A stretch of 61,056 bases of DNA from a virus. Taxonomy: Duplodnaviria; Caudoviricetes. Under the pieces are notes generated by a model, which had not been told where the DNA came from, made no database searches, and was given only the letters and a program-made list of their open reading frames with translations. Where the stretch lies: positions 1 through 61,056 of IMG/VR virus record IMGVR_UViG_3300043469_000246; one strand, written 5' to 3'. The position numbers and the translations under genes are program-made. This document shows positions 44,781 through 53,674 of the stretch, in pieces (the first letter of the stretch is position 1; each line of letters starts with the position of its first letter).

Positions 44781-45301
44781 ATCTGTGCCTTGAACTTGTA
44801 CTTTGGGTTATCTGACTTTTCAATGCGAGCGCCTAGTTTTTGAAAAACTTCCACCGTAATTGGGGCTGGAATTGTGTCATAAACCGTATTAATGCCTTTA
44901 TTTTTTAAATACTTATAGAAGTAGCGCATGTCATTTGCTAGATCTCTCATTGTTCCAACGGTAAAAAAATGAATTTGAGCTGTGCTTTTGCCAAGGTCTT
45001 TCATACCCATTACCGAACTTTCAAATGGAATAAGTTGTAATCCATTAGCAATCTCTTTTTTAACCCCAGCTAACGATTGTTCTACTGGTAAACCTTTATT
45101 TTTAAAGTAATTAGCAATTACTTTCATTATTTGAATTTGTTCAATTTTACTATTTGCATCTGCTAGGCCACCTTTTGCCATGGCTTGCGCAGCTGGCGCT
45201 TCCGCAAATGACATTGGGACTCCCTGTGGGGCATCCATAGGCTTAGCAAGGCTTTGTGCCTGATATGTGGATGTATCTATTAGACTGTCAAAAAAACCCA
45301 T
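44777..45301 (-). CDS. hypothetical protein with MAKGG motif
   Basis: ORF coupled to next; MAKGGLA. Confidence 0.65.
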   Translation of the reverse strand: MGFFDSLIDTSTYQAQSLAKPMDAPQGVPMSFAEAPAAQAMAKGGLADANSKIEQIQIMKVIANYFKNKGLPVEQSLAGVKKEIANGLQLIPFESSVMGMKDLGKSTAQIHFFTVGTMRDLANDMRYFYKYLKNKGINTVYDTIPAPITVEVFQKLGARIEKSDNPKYKFKAQI

Positions 45302-45311
45302 AGAACCCTCA

Positions 45312-45611
45312 TTATAAAATTGTCACCGTTACCGTTCCTACACTAGCTGTGGCTGATACTCCAAATACATAAGAAATATTGGGTACAACAATCTTTAAGT
45401 CCTCGCCAATTTGAAATACAGTTCCGTCTGGCAAATTGTACCCTGATGTTGGTAGATTTAATAGCCGTAAGCCGTCTAGTTGTAGGGCAGCATTGGAGTC
45501 GCTTTGAGAAAAATAGAGCCTTAATGCACCAATCAACTGCGCCATATGCTGTTGATCGTATTCTGTTGGGGCCAGAGGTAAAGCTGGTGCCCGAAACCGT
45601 TGCATTCCCAT
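45312..45611 (-). CDS. small virion protein
   Basis: APALPLAPTEY..LRLYF; C-terminal ATASVGTVTV. Confidence 0.65.
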   Translation of the reverse strand: MGMQRFRAPALPLAPTEYDQQHMAQLIGALRLYFSQSDSNAALQLDGLRLLNLPTSGYNLPDGTVFQIGEDLKIVVPNISYVFGVSATASVGTVTVTIL

Positions 45612-47656
45612 TATCTACGTCCATCAGGTCTGCCATCTAAACGAGGACTACCTAGTTGCCACTGCACGTCTAAAGCCGTAGATTCAATCTGAAGAGCCAT
45701 CTGTCTAGCCCTAGCCCGCATAAAGATCTGTTCGGTATATATGTCTACGGAAGTCTCAATAACTTGTTGGGAGTCTATGTTGGAATATGCACTTCCAGGG
45801 AAGTTTCGTGGTTTTATGTACATTGTGACCGCAGGTAAAGCGGCAGTTGACCCTGCAAAGTTCATGTCAGGGATAATCCGCTTGGTCAAAATAAACTGAT
45901 CCCCGTCTACAAGATCTGCGTCTGAAGACGCTATATAGGAGGTCATCGGTAGAATATTGTCGTTTAAACCTTGCTCGTGGTTATATATAACGCTGTCAGC
46001 AGTCATGCTAGTCTGTACTACAAGCTGGGAGATATTGAGGGTATAAGTACCTGTTCCGCCTGTACCAGTGCCTAGTGCCGTTATTACGGTACCCGTAGCC
46101 ACGCCTGTACCTTCAATGACGCTGCCAACTTGCAAGATACCCGCAGAAAGAGCTGATACCGTTAGAGTCGTGCCAGAGACAGACCCTGTAAAGTAAGTGG
46201 CTGTAAGGGCTTGAGGGTATTCTCTAAGTGATGAATCTGACCACGCTGTGCGGTCAATCGTGCCGTAGTACCAGATCTTTTCTAGGTGGTTATATATGAC
46301 ATAAGCATTATTGACGTTGCTATTTGCCGTTGGGTAGAACCACCAGACTTCGTTCCAACCCTCATTAGTTCCAGAAATAATCTGATCGGCTTGATTGTAG
46401 TTTAGGTTCTGAAAGACGTGATTTCTGATTGAACAAGGCAGAGTTTCTACCCGACCGCCATAGGCATAGAACTTATCATGCCCAAACCAGTACGCCGTAT
46501 TGTTAACCGTAACGACCGCACGGGGGCTAAGAATTGATATGTTGTCCGCAAGTTCTTGGAGTCCAAATACATCCGTTGTTCCTAAAAACTGCAGCGAATT
46601 GAGCGTACCTTCAGTAAATACAAGGATCTCTTGGCGAGTTGCTATGGCGCAAACAATAGCCGAACCACGGGAAACACGCAAGAAACCAGCTGAATTGGTA
46701 ACTAAAGGAGTCCAAACATTAGGCTGGTCTTGGGTAGCAAAACGGATTAATAAAGGGTCTGCCGTTCCTCCGCCAAAAGGGGTACAGCCAAACGCTATCA
46801 AATGTTTATCGTTCTGAGAGACTAAAACCTGCATTGCCTTGTCTGGCACGTCAGCTGGAGCTACACCTTCTATAGTTGTAGCAGAAAGAAGAGTAGCACT
46901 ATTAGCAACACCGCCTGAGTATTTCCAATAATAAATAGCTCCATTACGGATATTAGCTACAAGATCATCATCAAAGTTCTGTAAGAACCAGTCTTGCTGA
47001 GCAGCAAACACGGGAGCGGCTGCGCCTAATCCCCAACCAACAGTACCCCATGTTCCTGCACCCCACCCGTAACCCGCAACGGCAATATCGTTTCCTACGT
47101 TAATTTGAAACTTGGCTGTAATTCCTGTTCCCCCGCCAGCGCCAGAGGATGAGGCTGCTGTAGCAACCGTAATAGTAAAAGAATTAGCGTCTATATAAGT
47201 AATAATAAATTCAGTATTAAGGTTTGGTGCGGTAATACCGTTAAATGCTGTTGCGCCAGAAAAGATTACATAATCTCCATCTGCACCGCCGTGTGCGTTG
47301 ATTGTTACGGTTACGGTTTTAGACCCATTTACGGTAGTAAAGCAGTTGTTGGTTGCAGAAGAAACAAAAGTAGCCCGTATCGGCGTGATGTCGTACAGGG
47401 TCTGTCCAGCCTCAATATATAGTTTCTTAGACGTTCCAAGAGCTAGGTAGTTATCCGAAGCCGTGGTTATCCAATTAAACATCTGGCGACAAACGCCTAC
47501 AACCGTAAACAGACCATAACGCAGCCAGCCGCCCATTTTTTGTGGATAGCCAGAACGAAACCGTACCTTGTCGCACTCAAACCAACCACCCTCATTAGAG
47601 TAATTAGTTTGGTCTTTGTTTAAACCTGGTCTGAACTGTAATTTTTGGAGTGGCAC
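45611..47656 (-). CDS. tail nozzle/hub protein (P22 gp10 / tubular protein B-like)
   Basis: 681 aa beta-rich; [26 protein letters not shown]; position before ejection genes. Confidence 0.65.
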   Translation of the reverse strand: MPLQKLQFRPGLNKDQTNYSNEGGWFECDKVRFRSGYPQKMGGWLRYGLFTVVGVCRQMFNWITTASDNYLALGTSKKLYIEAGQTLYDITPIRATFVSSATNNCFTTVNGSKTVTVTINAHGGADGDYVIFSGATAFNGITAPNLNTEFIITYIDANSFTITVATAASSSGAGGGTGITAKFQINVGNDIAVAGYGWGAGTWGTVGWGLGAAAPVFAAQQDWFLQNFDDDLVANIRNGAIYYWKYSGGVANSATLLSATTIEGVAPADVPDKAMQVLVSQNDKHLIAFGCTPFGGGTADPLLIRFATQDQPNVWTPLVTNSAGFLRVSRGSAIVCAIATRQEILVFTEGTLNSLQFLGTTDVFGLQELADNISILSPRAVVTVNNTAYWFGHDKFYAYGGRVETLPCSIRNHVFQNLNYNQADQIISGTNEGWNEVWWFYPTANSNVNNAYVIYNHLEKIWYYGTIDRTAWSDSSLREYPQALTATYFTGSVSGTTLTVSALSAGILQVGSVIEGTGVATGTVITALGTGTGGTGTYTLNISQLVVQTSMTADSVIYNHEQGLNDNILPMTSYIASSDADLVDGDQFILTKRIIPDMNFAGSTAALPAVTMYIKPRNFPGSAYSNIDSQQVIETSVDIYTEQIFMRARARQMALQIESTALDVQWQLGSPRLDGRPDGRR

Positions 47657-47665
47657 GGGTTTACC

Positions 47666-48142
47666 CTAAGATAAAAATAATGCTCGTTCATCGTTTCTGC
47701 GAGTAACTAAGCCTTTCAGTACTTTACCCCCAGCGAGCGTATATTTCAAGAACTCTTCTGCCGCTTCTTCCATCTCGCCCCGAAGAACCTTTTGACGGAG
47801 GGTTGAGCGCTGTAATGCTCCCAGACCAATATTGAAGCTAAAAGATACAAGAGCATCGAACTGACCTTGAGTGAGCTTAACGGGACAGTAGCGTTCAACA
47901 CCTCGCTCAAAGCGATTAAGATCGTCTCTAAGAATTCCATCTACTTCCTCCATTGAAAAGGTACGGTCATCTTTATATTCCAGTGGGTAGGCGTCTCGCT
48001 CATCTATTTTTAAAGCACCTTGCCGTGGGTAAAGTACATGCCCGACACCAATCGTCCACAATTTTGCGGGACAGCGATATGGACGCTGTCTATAACCCTC
48101 ATGGTGTTTTACCATTTTGATAGCTTTATCACTTATTTTCAT
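47666..48142 (-). CDS. endolysin, GH24 lysozyme
   Basis: HEG..PY.CPA..WTIGVGH, QFDALVSFSFNIG, GLVTRR..E. Confidence 0.9.
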   Translation of the reverse strand: MKISDKAIKMVKHHEGYRQRPYRCPAKLWTIGVGHVLYPRQGALKIDERDAYPLEYKDDRTFSMEEVDGILRDDLNRFERGVERYCPVKLTQGQFDALVSFSFNIGLGALQRSTLRQKVLRGEMEEAAEEFLKYTLAGGKVLKGLVTRRNDERALFLS

Positions 48143-48624
48143 CGTTTAGAAAATGCCTGAGTCCCGAACCAAAAAGCAATAATAGAGGCTAATATCTGCA
48201 TCTCGTCTGCATCAAATACCATTGGGATAGCCTCGGCAAACGCTACACCGCTAGACCATGCCCACCAGATAGAGGCTACGTCTACAATGATTAGTAGGAA
48301 AACAAACAGGTAGGTAACGACTGGGCGTACAGAGGCTCGTAGGTTAATAATCCACTGAGAAGCACCCTTACCAATCTCAATATCGTGGTTGTACATAGCG
48401 GTGCGTTCTTGGGCTTGAGTCTCCATCTGGACTTGTTCTGTCCTGATCTCTTCGATACGGGCTTGGGCTATATAACCCGCTTCCATCATCTTTAGTTCCC
48501 GCTCCATCTGCATAGCAGCAAGCTCTATTTCGTGCTTTTTATCAGCCTTGTCTTGGAAGAAGTCCAGTAGTTTAGGCAGACCCCCCATGAGGAAGGATAG
48601 CGCTGTGGATATTAAGGTAAACAT
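48139..48624 (-). CDS. holin (GTA 3TM-like)
   Basis: ASVRPVVTY, TM segments, IIAFWFG; directly upstream of lysozyme. Confidence 0.7.
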   Translation of the reverse strand: MFTLISTALSFLMGGLPKLLDFFQDKADKKHEIELAAMQMERELKMMEAGYIAQARIEEIRTEQVQMETQAQERTAMYNHDIEIGKGASQWIINLRASVRPVVTYLFVFLLIIVDVASIWWAWSSGVAFAEAIPMVFDADEMQILASIIAFWFGTQAFSKR

Positions 48625-49232
48625 TATTTCTTACTCCTTGATAACATGGTTGCGCCAACATAAAGCATTGATTTAACTTTTTCTAAATCGGCTGGGGGTT
48701 TATTCCAACCAACGGTAATTTGACCTACAAACCTACTGGGTTCTGGCGGTACACTAATTCTACAACCAAACGTCATGCCTTCTTCAATGTACCAAAGCCC
48801 AATTTCTGACTGTGCCGCCTTATAGTCACCGCAAGGTATATTGCCCGCCATTAAAGCAACTACATCTTGGTTATTTGCTTGATTAGAAGTAAACAACCCA
48901 ACATCCAGCCCATCATTTGTTTTATCCCGACCATTCTTTGTATAAGCTCGATACTGTACTCTAGTGCCAAACAACGGGTTTACTTTAAATATTGTTACGA
49001 TGGTTGCATCAGTCGTTTTAAACAAATGGGTTGCTACATCATCTACTCTATCTTCGGCAATACTAGGTAACTTTTGACTCTCTTTATAAGTGCCAACAAT
49101 TAGTTCCTGATTGTCATAAATAATGTAACCACCAAACGCCAACACCGCCATCAAAATAACTGCAAACAGCTTAAATGGGGAGTCTACATACGCCAGTACT
49201 TTAGATAGGGCATCGTCTGGTTTTTTAATCAT
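48624..49232 (-). CDS. membrane-anchored protein with GAF-like periplasmic domain (lysis-associated?)
   Basis: one N-terminal TM helix; C..C-containing GCRISVPP..FVGQITVGW domain. Confidence 0.5.
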   Translation of the reverse strand: MIKKPDDALSKVLAYVDSPFKLFAVILMAVLAFGGYIIYDNQELIVGTYKESQKLPSIAEDRVDDVATHLFKTTDATIVTIFKVNPLFGTRVQYRAYTKNGRDKTNDGLDVGLFTSNQANNQDVVALMAGNIPCGDYKAAQSEIGLWYIEEGMTFGCRISVPPEPSRFVGQITVGWNKPPADLEKVKSMLYVGATMLSRSKK

Positions 49233-49398
49233 TCTTTACTTTGTTTAGTCTGTAAATTATATTTTTAGCCTTTAAAGATGCATCTTCATAATCAATTGCA
49301 TATATAGTCTCAAACGTTTCTTGCCCATGCTCATCAATCATATCTATTTGCCAAAATTTACCTAACTTAAATGGTTTTATAGATTTAATTTCAATCAT
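49225..49398 (-). CDS. AT-rich hypothetical protein
   Basis: ATG 49398 coupled to upstream TGA. Confidence 0.55.
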   Translation of the reverse strand: MIEIKSIKPFKLGKFWQIDMIDEHGQETFETIYAIDYEDASLKAKNIIYRLNKVKND

Positions 49399-49841
49399 CG
49401 CCAACGACCCCATGTACATTCGTACGCTATCCAAGTTGCAAATATGTAACATAGTGCCATCACGCTTTTCATCACCCGCCTGTCGTATTGCTCTAAATAT
49501 TTATCTTGGCGTTCTTCCCATTGCTTTCTAGCCTTAATGCCCTGTATTTCTTCCCAAGCCTTACTGCCGTATTTCTTAGTAATTTCTTCTTTAATATTTT
49601 CTTCAGACTGCTTGGCTAACATCAGCCTTTGAAACTCATCTACCGCCTCAATAATTGTCGTGGTATCAGGACTTACTTCTCTTGAATTCTTTCTTAATGC
49701 CGCCCTTTCTTTTGCCGCCTTATCCGCTACTGCCAGTACACCATCAATTGCTTTACTAAGTTCTTCAGATGCCTTTACCGACTCATTAAGAGTCTTTGTG
49801 ACCTGTTTCGTGCCATCTATAATTCCAAAAGGATCGGGCAT
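49395..49841 (-). CDS. hypothetical protein with C-terminal TM helix
   Basis: helical, YG..AW.EI motif, hydrophobic C-terminus. Confidence 0.65.
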   Translation of the reverse strand: MPDPFGIIDGTKQVTKTLNESVKASEELSKAIDGVLAVADKAAKERAALRKNSREVSPDTTTIIEAVDEFQRLMLAKQSEENIKEEITKKYGSKAWEEIQGIKARKQWEERQDKYLEQYDRRVMKSVMALCYIFATWIAYECTWGRWR

Positions 49842-49849
49842 GATTCAAT

Positions 49850-50062
49850 TTAAAATACCTCTCCGCCAGCGGCAGGAACAGATGTAGCATGAATTGATAT
49901 ATGCTGTCTAAGGTTTAAAGGCGCTCCACAGTCTGAGCAGACATCAGCTTGCAGTTCGGACTCATCTAGGTCGTAGCCACAAGCCGAACACACCACTTCT
50001 ATTTCGTGGTGCGGCTCAATCAGTCCGCTTTCTAGGGTTCTAGCTTCTATAGTCTGTTTCAT
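49850..50062 (-). CDS. zinc-ribbon protein
   Basis: CSACG...CSDCG. Confidence 0.65.
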   Translation of the reverse strand: MKQTIEARTLESGLIEPHHEIEVVCSACGYDLDESELQADVCSDCGAPLNLRQHISIHATSVPAAGGEVF

Positions 50063-50886
50063 GTTAGACCCATCTCTTTGCGTATTTTGGTAGCAGAAAT
50101 GTTGTGCGTTGCATCATCAAACGTCTCTTGCTCAATCTTGTAGCCAACATCACGCCCGTAGGTAATATTGACCACGTTAGGGACAACTTGTATCTCGTAC
50201 TGACCTTGATAAAGAGGGTCTAAGTCACGCTTGATATACGACTTAACCTGCTCAATAGCAAACGGGTTGCTGCCTTGCCATCCTTGGCAATCACGGATCT
50301 GGATAACGACTTGACCTGTCTTTGCAATAGCACGTTCAAACAAAGCTCTATGACCTTCGTGCCACGGTTGCCAGCGACCCAGCATCTGAACCGTTTCTGT
50401 CTGCCAGTTAAAGACTGGACGGCGGCGATTTTCAATAATGTGGTTGCCGATAAACTCAGCCCACTTCTCGCAGTTCTGCTCCGTAACACGGAAGTCATAG
50501 ACCTCTGGCGGTACAAACGCTTTGTTTGTATCTTCAAACCGCCCAGCATCAATGGTATCCATCCAGATTGTCCAGTCCGCCTTAAAGTTATTACGCATCT
50601 CGACCAAAGGAGCAACAAAGTCACAGATCACATAATCACCGCCAGCAGACAGGGCAAACTCAGCCATGCGTAAAGATTGACGAATACGTCCCTCTTTTGA
50701 AAAGTCCCAATCATTGTATTTCTTACGCACTTCATCGGCATTGAACCAATTGACTTGAGCGTTAAATCCTGTAAATGCCTCGCCGTAGTCAACTCTAGTA
50801 GCGTTTTGCTCTAAGTAGGCTTTTAATGCTTGTGCTAAGTAAGTCTTACCAGATCCTGGCAGACCCATGATTAGTATCTTTTTCAA
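50059..50886 (-). CDS. adenylylsulfate (APS) kinase-like domain fused to HxGH nucleotidyltransferase domain
   Basis: GLPGSGKT, NADEVR, R.RQ..RM, DFVAP, F.PP; then GRWQPWHEGH and ISATKIR. Confidence 0.8.
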   Translation of the reverse strand: MKKILIMGLPGSGKTYLAQALKAYLEQNATRVDYGEAFTGFNAQVNWFNADEVRKKYNDWDFSKEGRIRQSLRMAEFALSAGGDYVICDFVAPLVEMRNNFKADWTIWMDTIDAGRFEDTNKAFVPPEVYDFRVTEQNCEKWAEFIGNHIIENRRRPVFNWQTETVQMLGRWQPWHEGHRALFERAIAKTGQVVIQIRDCQGWQGSNPFAIEQVKSYIKRDLDPLYQGQYEIQVVPNVVNITYGRDVGYKIEQETFDDATHNISATKIRKEMGLT

Positions 50887-50895
50887 TTAAGCTCC

Positions 50896-51321
50896 TTAGC
50901 TGTTTAGTTCTGCTTGGGTTACATCTAACTCTTCTTGCGTTGTTGCCGCATTGATCTGTGCACGTAAGTCTTCATAGCGAGCCTGAGCTGCTGCTACGAT
51001 GGCTGGATCGTAATGATCGTCTGGATTGCTATTGGTTTCCAAGGCAACTTGACCAGCAACAACTTGATTGTACTGGCTGGTATTTTGACCAAGCTGGCTG
51101 CTCTTGCGGGTTGGGATGTCGTAATCAAAGATAGTCCATACGATCTCGACAGGATCTTTAGAGCAGTCATAGACTGGTCCGTTTAAACCTTGACGATAAG
51201 GTACTGGAGTTGGTTTGATCTCAACTGCGTTCTTCCAGCCGTCTTGACCGACTGGTACGGGTGGCGTAGTGTCAATGCACTGTGCCATAGCGTTGTTTAC
51301 TACCTGAACGTATAATGCCAT
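50896..51321 (-). CDS. putative tail fibre assembly/chaperone-like protein
   Basis: follows RCC1 genes; C-terminal AQINAATTQEEL helix. Confidence 0.5.
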   Translation of the reverse strand: MALYVQVVNNAMAQCIDTTPPVPVGQDGWKNAVEIKPTPVPYRQGLNGPVYDCSKDPVEIVWTIFDYDIPTRKSSQLGQNTSQYNQVVAGQVALETNSNPDDHYDPAIVAAAQARYEDLRAQINAATTQEELDVTQAELNS

Positions 51322-51339
51322 TTTAATGCTCCTTTGTTG

Positions 51340-52503
51340 TTAATTTACTGCAATTGCTAATACTGAATTAGAACCACTCATAGAACGACAAAGAGTTGTC
51401 CAGCTTGTTAAAGCGCCCACTTGTTTTGGTGACGAGTAGTTTGTAACGTTTCCAAGACCCAATGCGCCATAAGTAGCACCTTGACCCCAAGACCACAGAG
51501 TACCATCTGTTTTAATAGCTACACAAAATGCAACACCATTTTTTACTTGAGACCAATTTGTAAGCGCACCAATTTGCACTGGAGACACTCTATACGTAGT
51601 ATCTCCTAAGCCCAATTGCCCAAAATTGTTATAACCCCATGCCCAGAGTGTGCCATCAGTTTTAACCGCAACAGAAAAAAGCGAACTAGCAGAAACACTG
51701 CTCCAATTAGTCAATGCTCCAACTTGTTTTGGGGAATTATAATTTGATGTATTGCCAAGTCCTAGTTGCCCTTGGTTGTTCTGACCCCATGACCATAGAG
51801 TTCCATTTGTTTTAATAGCAAGAGAATAGTAATTTCCTCCTGAAACTTTTAACCACCCAGTTAATGCTCCAACTTGTTTTGGTGAGGAATAGTACGTTGC
51901 GTTTCCAAGTCCAAGTTGACCTGCGTTATTAAAACCCCACGACCAAAGAGTGCCGTCTGTTTTAACAGCAAGAGAATGATAAAACCCACCAGCAATATTT
52001 AACCAATTAGTTAAAGCGCCTACCTGCGTTGGAGATGATCTATCTGCTGTGTCTCCCAACCCAAGTTGTCCAAAAGTACCCCTCCCCCATGCCCATAGTG
52101 TTCCATCGGTTTTGGTTGATAATACAAAACCAGTACCAGTAGAAATTTCATACCATGCTGTTAGCGCACCGATTTGTACTGGTGAAGAATAGTTTGTGTT
52201 ATTTCCGACGCCCAGTTGTCCTCGACTATTGCTTCCCCAAGACCACAGGGTACCGTCTGTTTTAATTGCAATACCAAAACCACCGCCAGCAGATAGCTTT
52301 GACCAATTAGTTAACGCACCAAGTTGTTTAGGTGAGGAATATCGTGTAGTGTTTCCAAGTCCCAGCGCACCAGATCCACCATCACCCCACACATACAACT
52401 TTGGAGCAGGCGGTACGGGCCAGGTTCCAGCCCCCTTAGCCTTACTAGCTGCGCTTAGGTTCCAGATGCCTGTGTATTGGGTGTATGGGTATGATATTGG
52501 CAT
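51340..52503 (-). CDS. RCC1-repeat beta-propeller protein (type B)
   Basis: 7 repeats of ~52 aa SSPxQVGALTxW..A(I/V)KTDGTLWxWG..GQLGLG. Confidence 0.9.
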   Translation of the reverse strand: MPISYPYTQYTGIWNLSAASKAKGAGTWPVPPAPKLYVWGDGGSGALGLGNTTRYSSPKQLGALTNWSKLSAGGGFGIAIKTDGTLWSWGSNSRGQLGVGNNTNYSSPVQIGALTAWYEISTGTGFVLSTKTDGTLWAWGRGTFGQLGLGDTADRSSPTQVGALTNWLNIAGGFYHSLAVKTDGTLWSWGFNNAGQLGLGNATYYSSPKQVGALTGWLKVSGGNYYSLAIKTNGTLWSWGQNNQGQLGLGNTSNYNSPKQVGALTNWSSVSASSLFSVAVKTDGTLWAWGYNNFGQLGLGDTTYRVSPVQIGALTNWSQVKNGVAFCVAIKTDGTLWSWGQGATYGALGLGNVTNYSSPKQVGALTSWTTLCRSMSGSNSVLAIAVN

Positions 52504-52504
52504 A

Positions 52505-53674
52505 TTAGTAAGCTAACGCAAAAGCAGAGTTAAAGGCGGCGGATGGATCATACCAATTAGTATTTCCACCAATTTGTTTAGGTGATGAGTATTGTGTTGT
52601 ATTGGCAAGACCTAATTGCCCAACGTTATTAGCGCCCCACGACCACAAAGTGCCGTCTGTTTTTGATGCCATTGCAAATTCGTTTCCACAAGACACATTT
52701 GACCAGTTTGTAAGAGAACCAACCTGATTAGGACTAGATAGAGTTGCATAGTAGGTTGAAGTTCCCAATCCTAATTGACCATTCCTATTAAAGCCCCATG
52801 ACCACAGAGTTCCATCGGTTCTAACAGCTTGACAAAATGCACCGTCAGATCTAAATCCACAAGAAATTTTTGACCACGCTGTTAAGGCGCCAACTTGAAT
52901 TGGTGAAGAGCGCATTGTTGTATTACCAACACCTTGTTGACCTTGAGAATTACCACCCCACGCCCATAATGTGCCATCGGTTTTGATAGCCATTGCAAAA
53001 TTAAACCCTATGGATACATTTGCCCAGCTAGTTAGTGCACCAATTTGTTGCGGGGAGCTTGTGTTGTAAGCCGTTGAAAGACCTATACCTAATTGACCAG
53101 CATTATTACTTCCCCATGACCACATTGTGCCGTCAGTTTTAATTGCCACTGCAAAATTAGAATAAGCCCCGCTGGTAATTTTTAACCAATTAGTTAACGC
53201 TCCTAGTTGAACTGGAGAAGACCTGCTTGATGTATCATCAAGACCTAATCTTCCGTTTGCTCCGCTACCCCAGACCCACATAGTGCCATCGGTTTTGATA
53301 GCGTAACCAGCCATGTTAGTGCCGTTTGAAGCAACTCCAACATAAGCCCAAGTCGTTAAAGCTCCGATTTGTTTTGGCGAAGAATAGTCGGTTGTATTAC
53401 CAAGACCTAACTGACCAGTGTTATTTCTGCCCCATGACCACAGTGTTCCATTTGTTTTAACAGCAAGTGCAAAACTATAACCACCAGCAATTTCTAACCA
53501 ATCGGTTAATGCGCCAACTTGCACTGGGGACGATCTATTTGTTGTGTTCCCAAGAGCAAGCTGTCCTTCCGTATTTTTTCCCCAGCTATTTAAATAATAG
53601 GTATAGCTAGGCGTACCTTGTACTAGGGTGTTTAACCCTGGATCTATAAAAGCGGCATCGTAACGGTAGCTCAA
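52505..53674 (-). CDS. RCC1-repeat beta-propeller protein (type A)
   Basis: same repeat. Confidence 0.9.
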   Translation of the reverse strand: MSYRYDAAFIDPGLNTLVQGTPSYTYYLNSWGKNTEGQLALGNTTNRSSPVQVGALTDWLEIAGGYSFALAVKTNGTLWSWGRNNTGQLGLGNTTDYSSPKQIGALTTWAYVGVASNGTNMAGYAIKTDGTMWVWGSGANGRLGLDDTSSRSSPVQLGALTNWLKITSGAYSNFAVAIKTDGTMWSWGSNNAGQLGIGLSTAYNTSSPQQIGALTSWANVSIGFNFAMAIKTDGTLWAWGGNSQGQQGVGNTTMRSSPIQVGALTAWSKISCGFRSDGAFCQAVRTDGTLWSWGFNRNGQLGLGTSTYYATLSSPNQVGSLTNWSNVSCGNEFAMASKTDGTLWSWGANNVGQLGLANTTQYSSPKQIGGNTNWYDPSAAFNSAFALAY

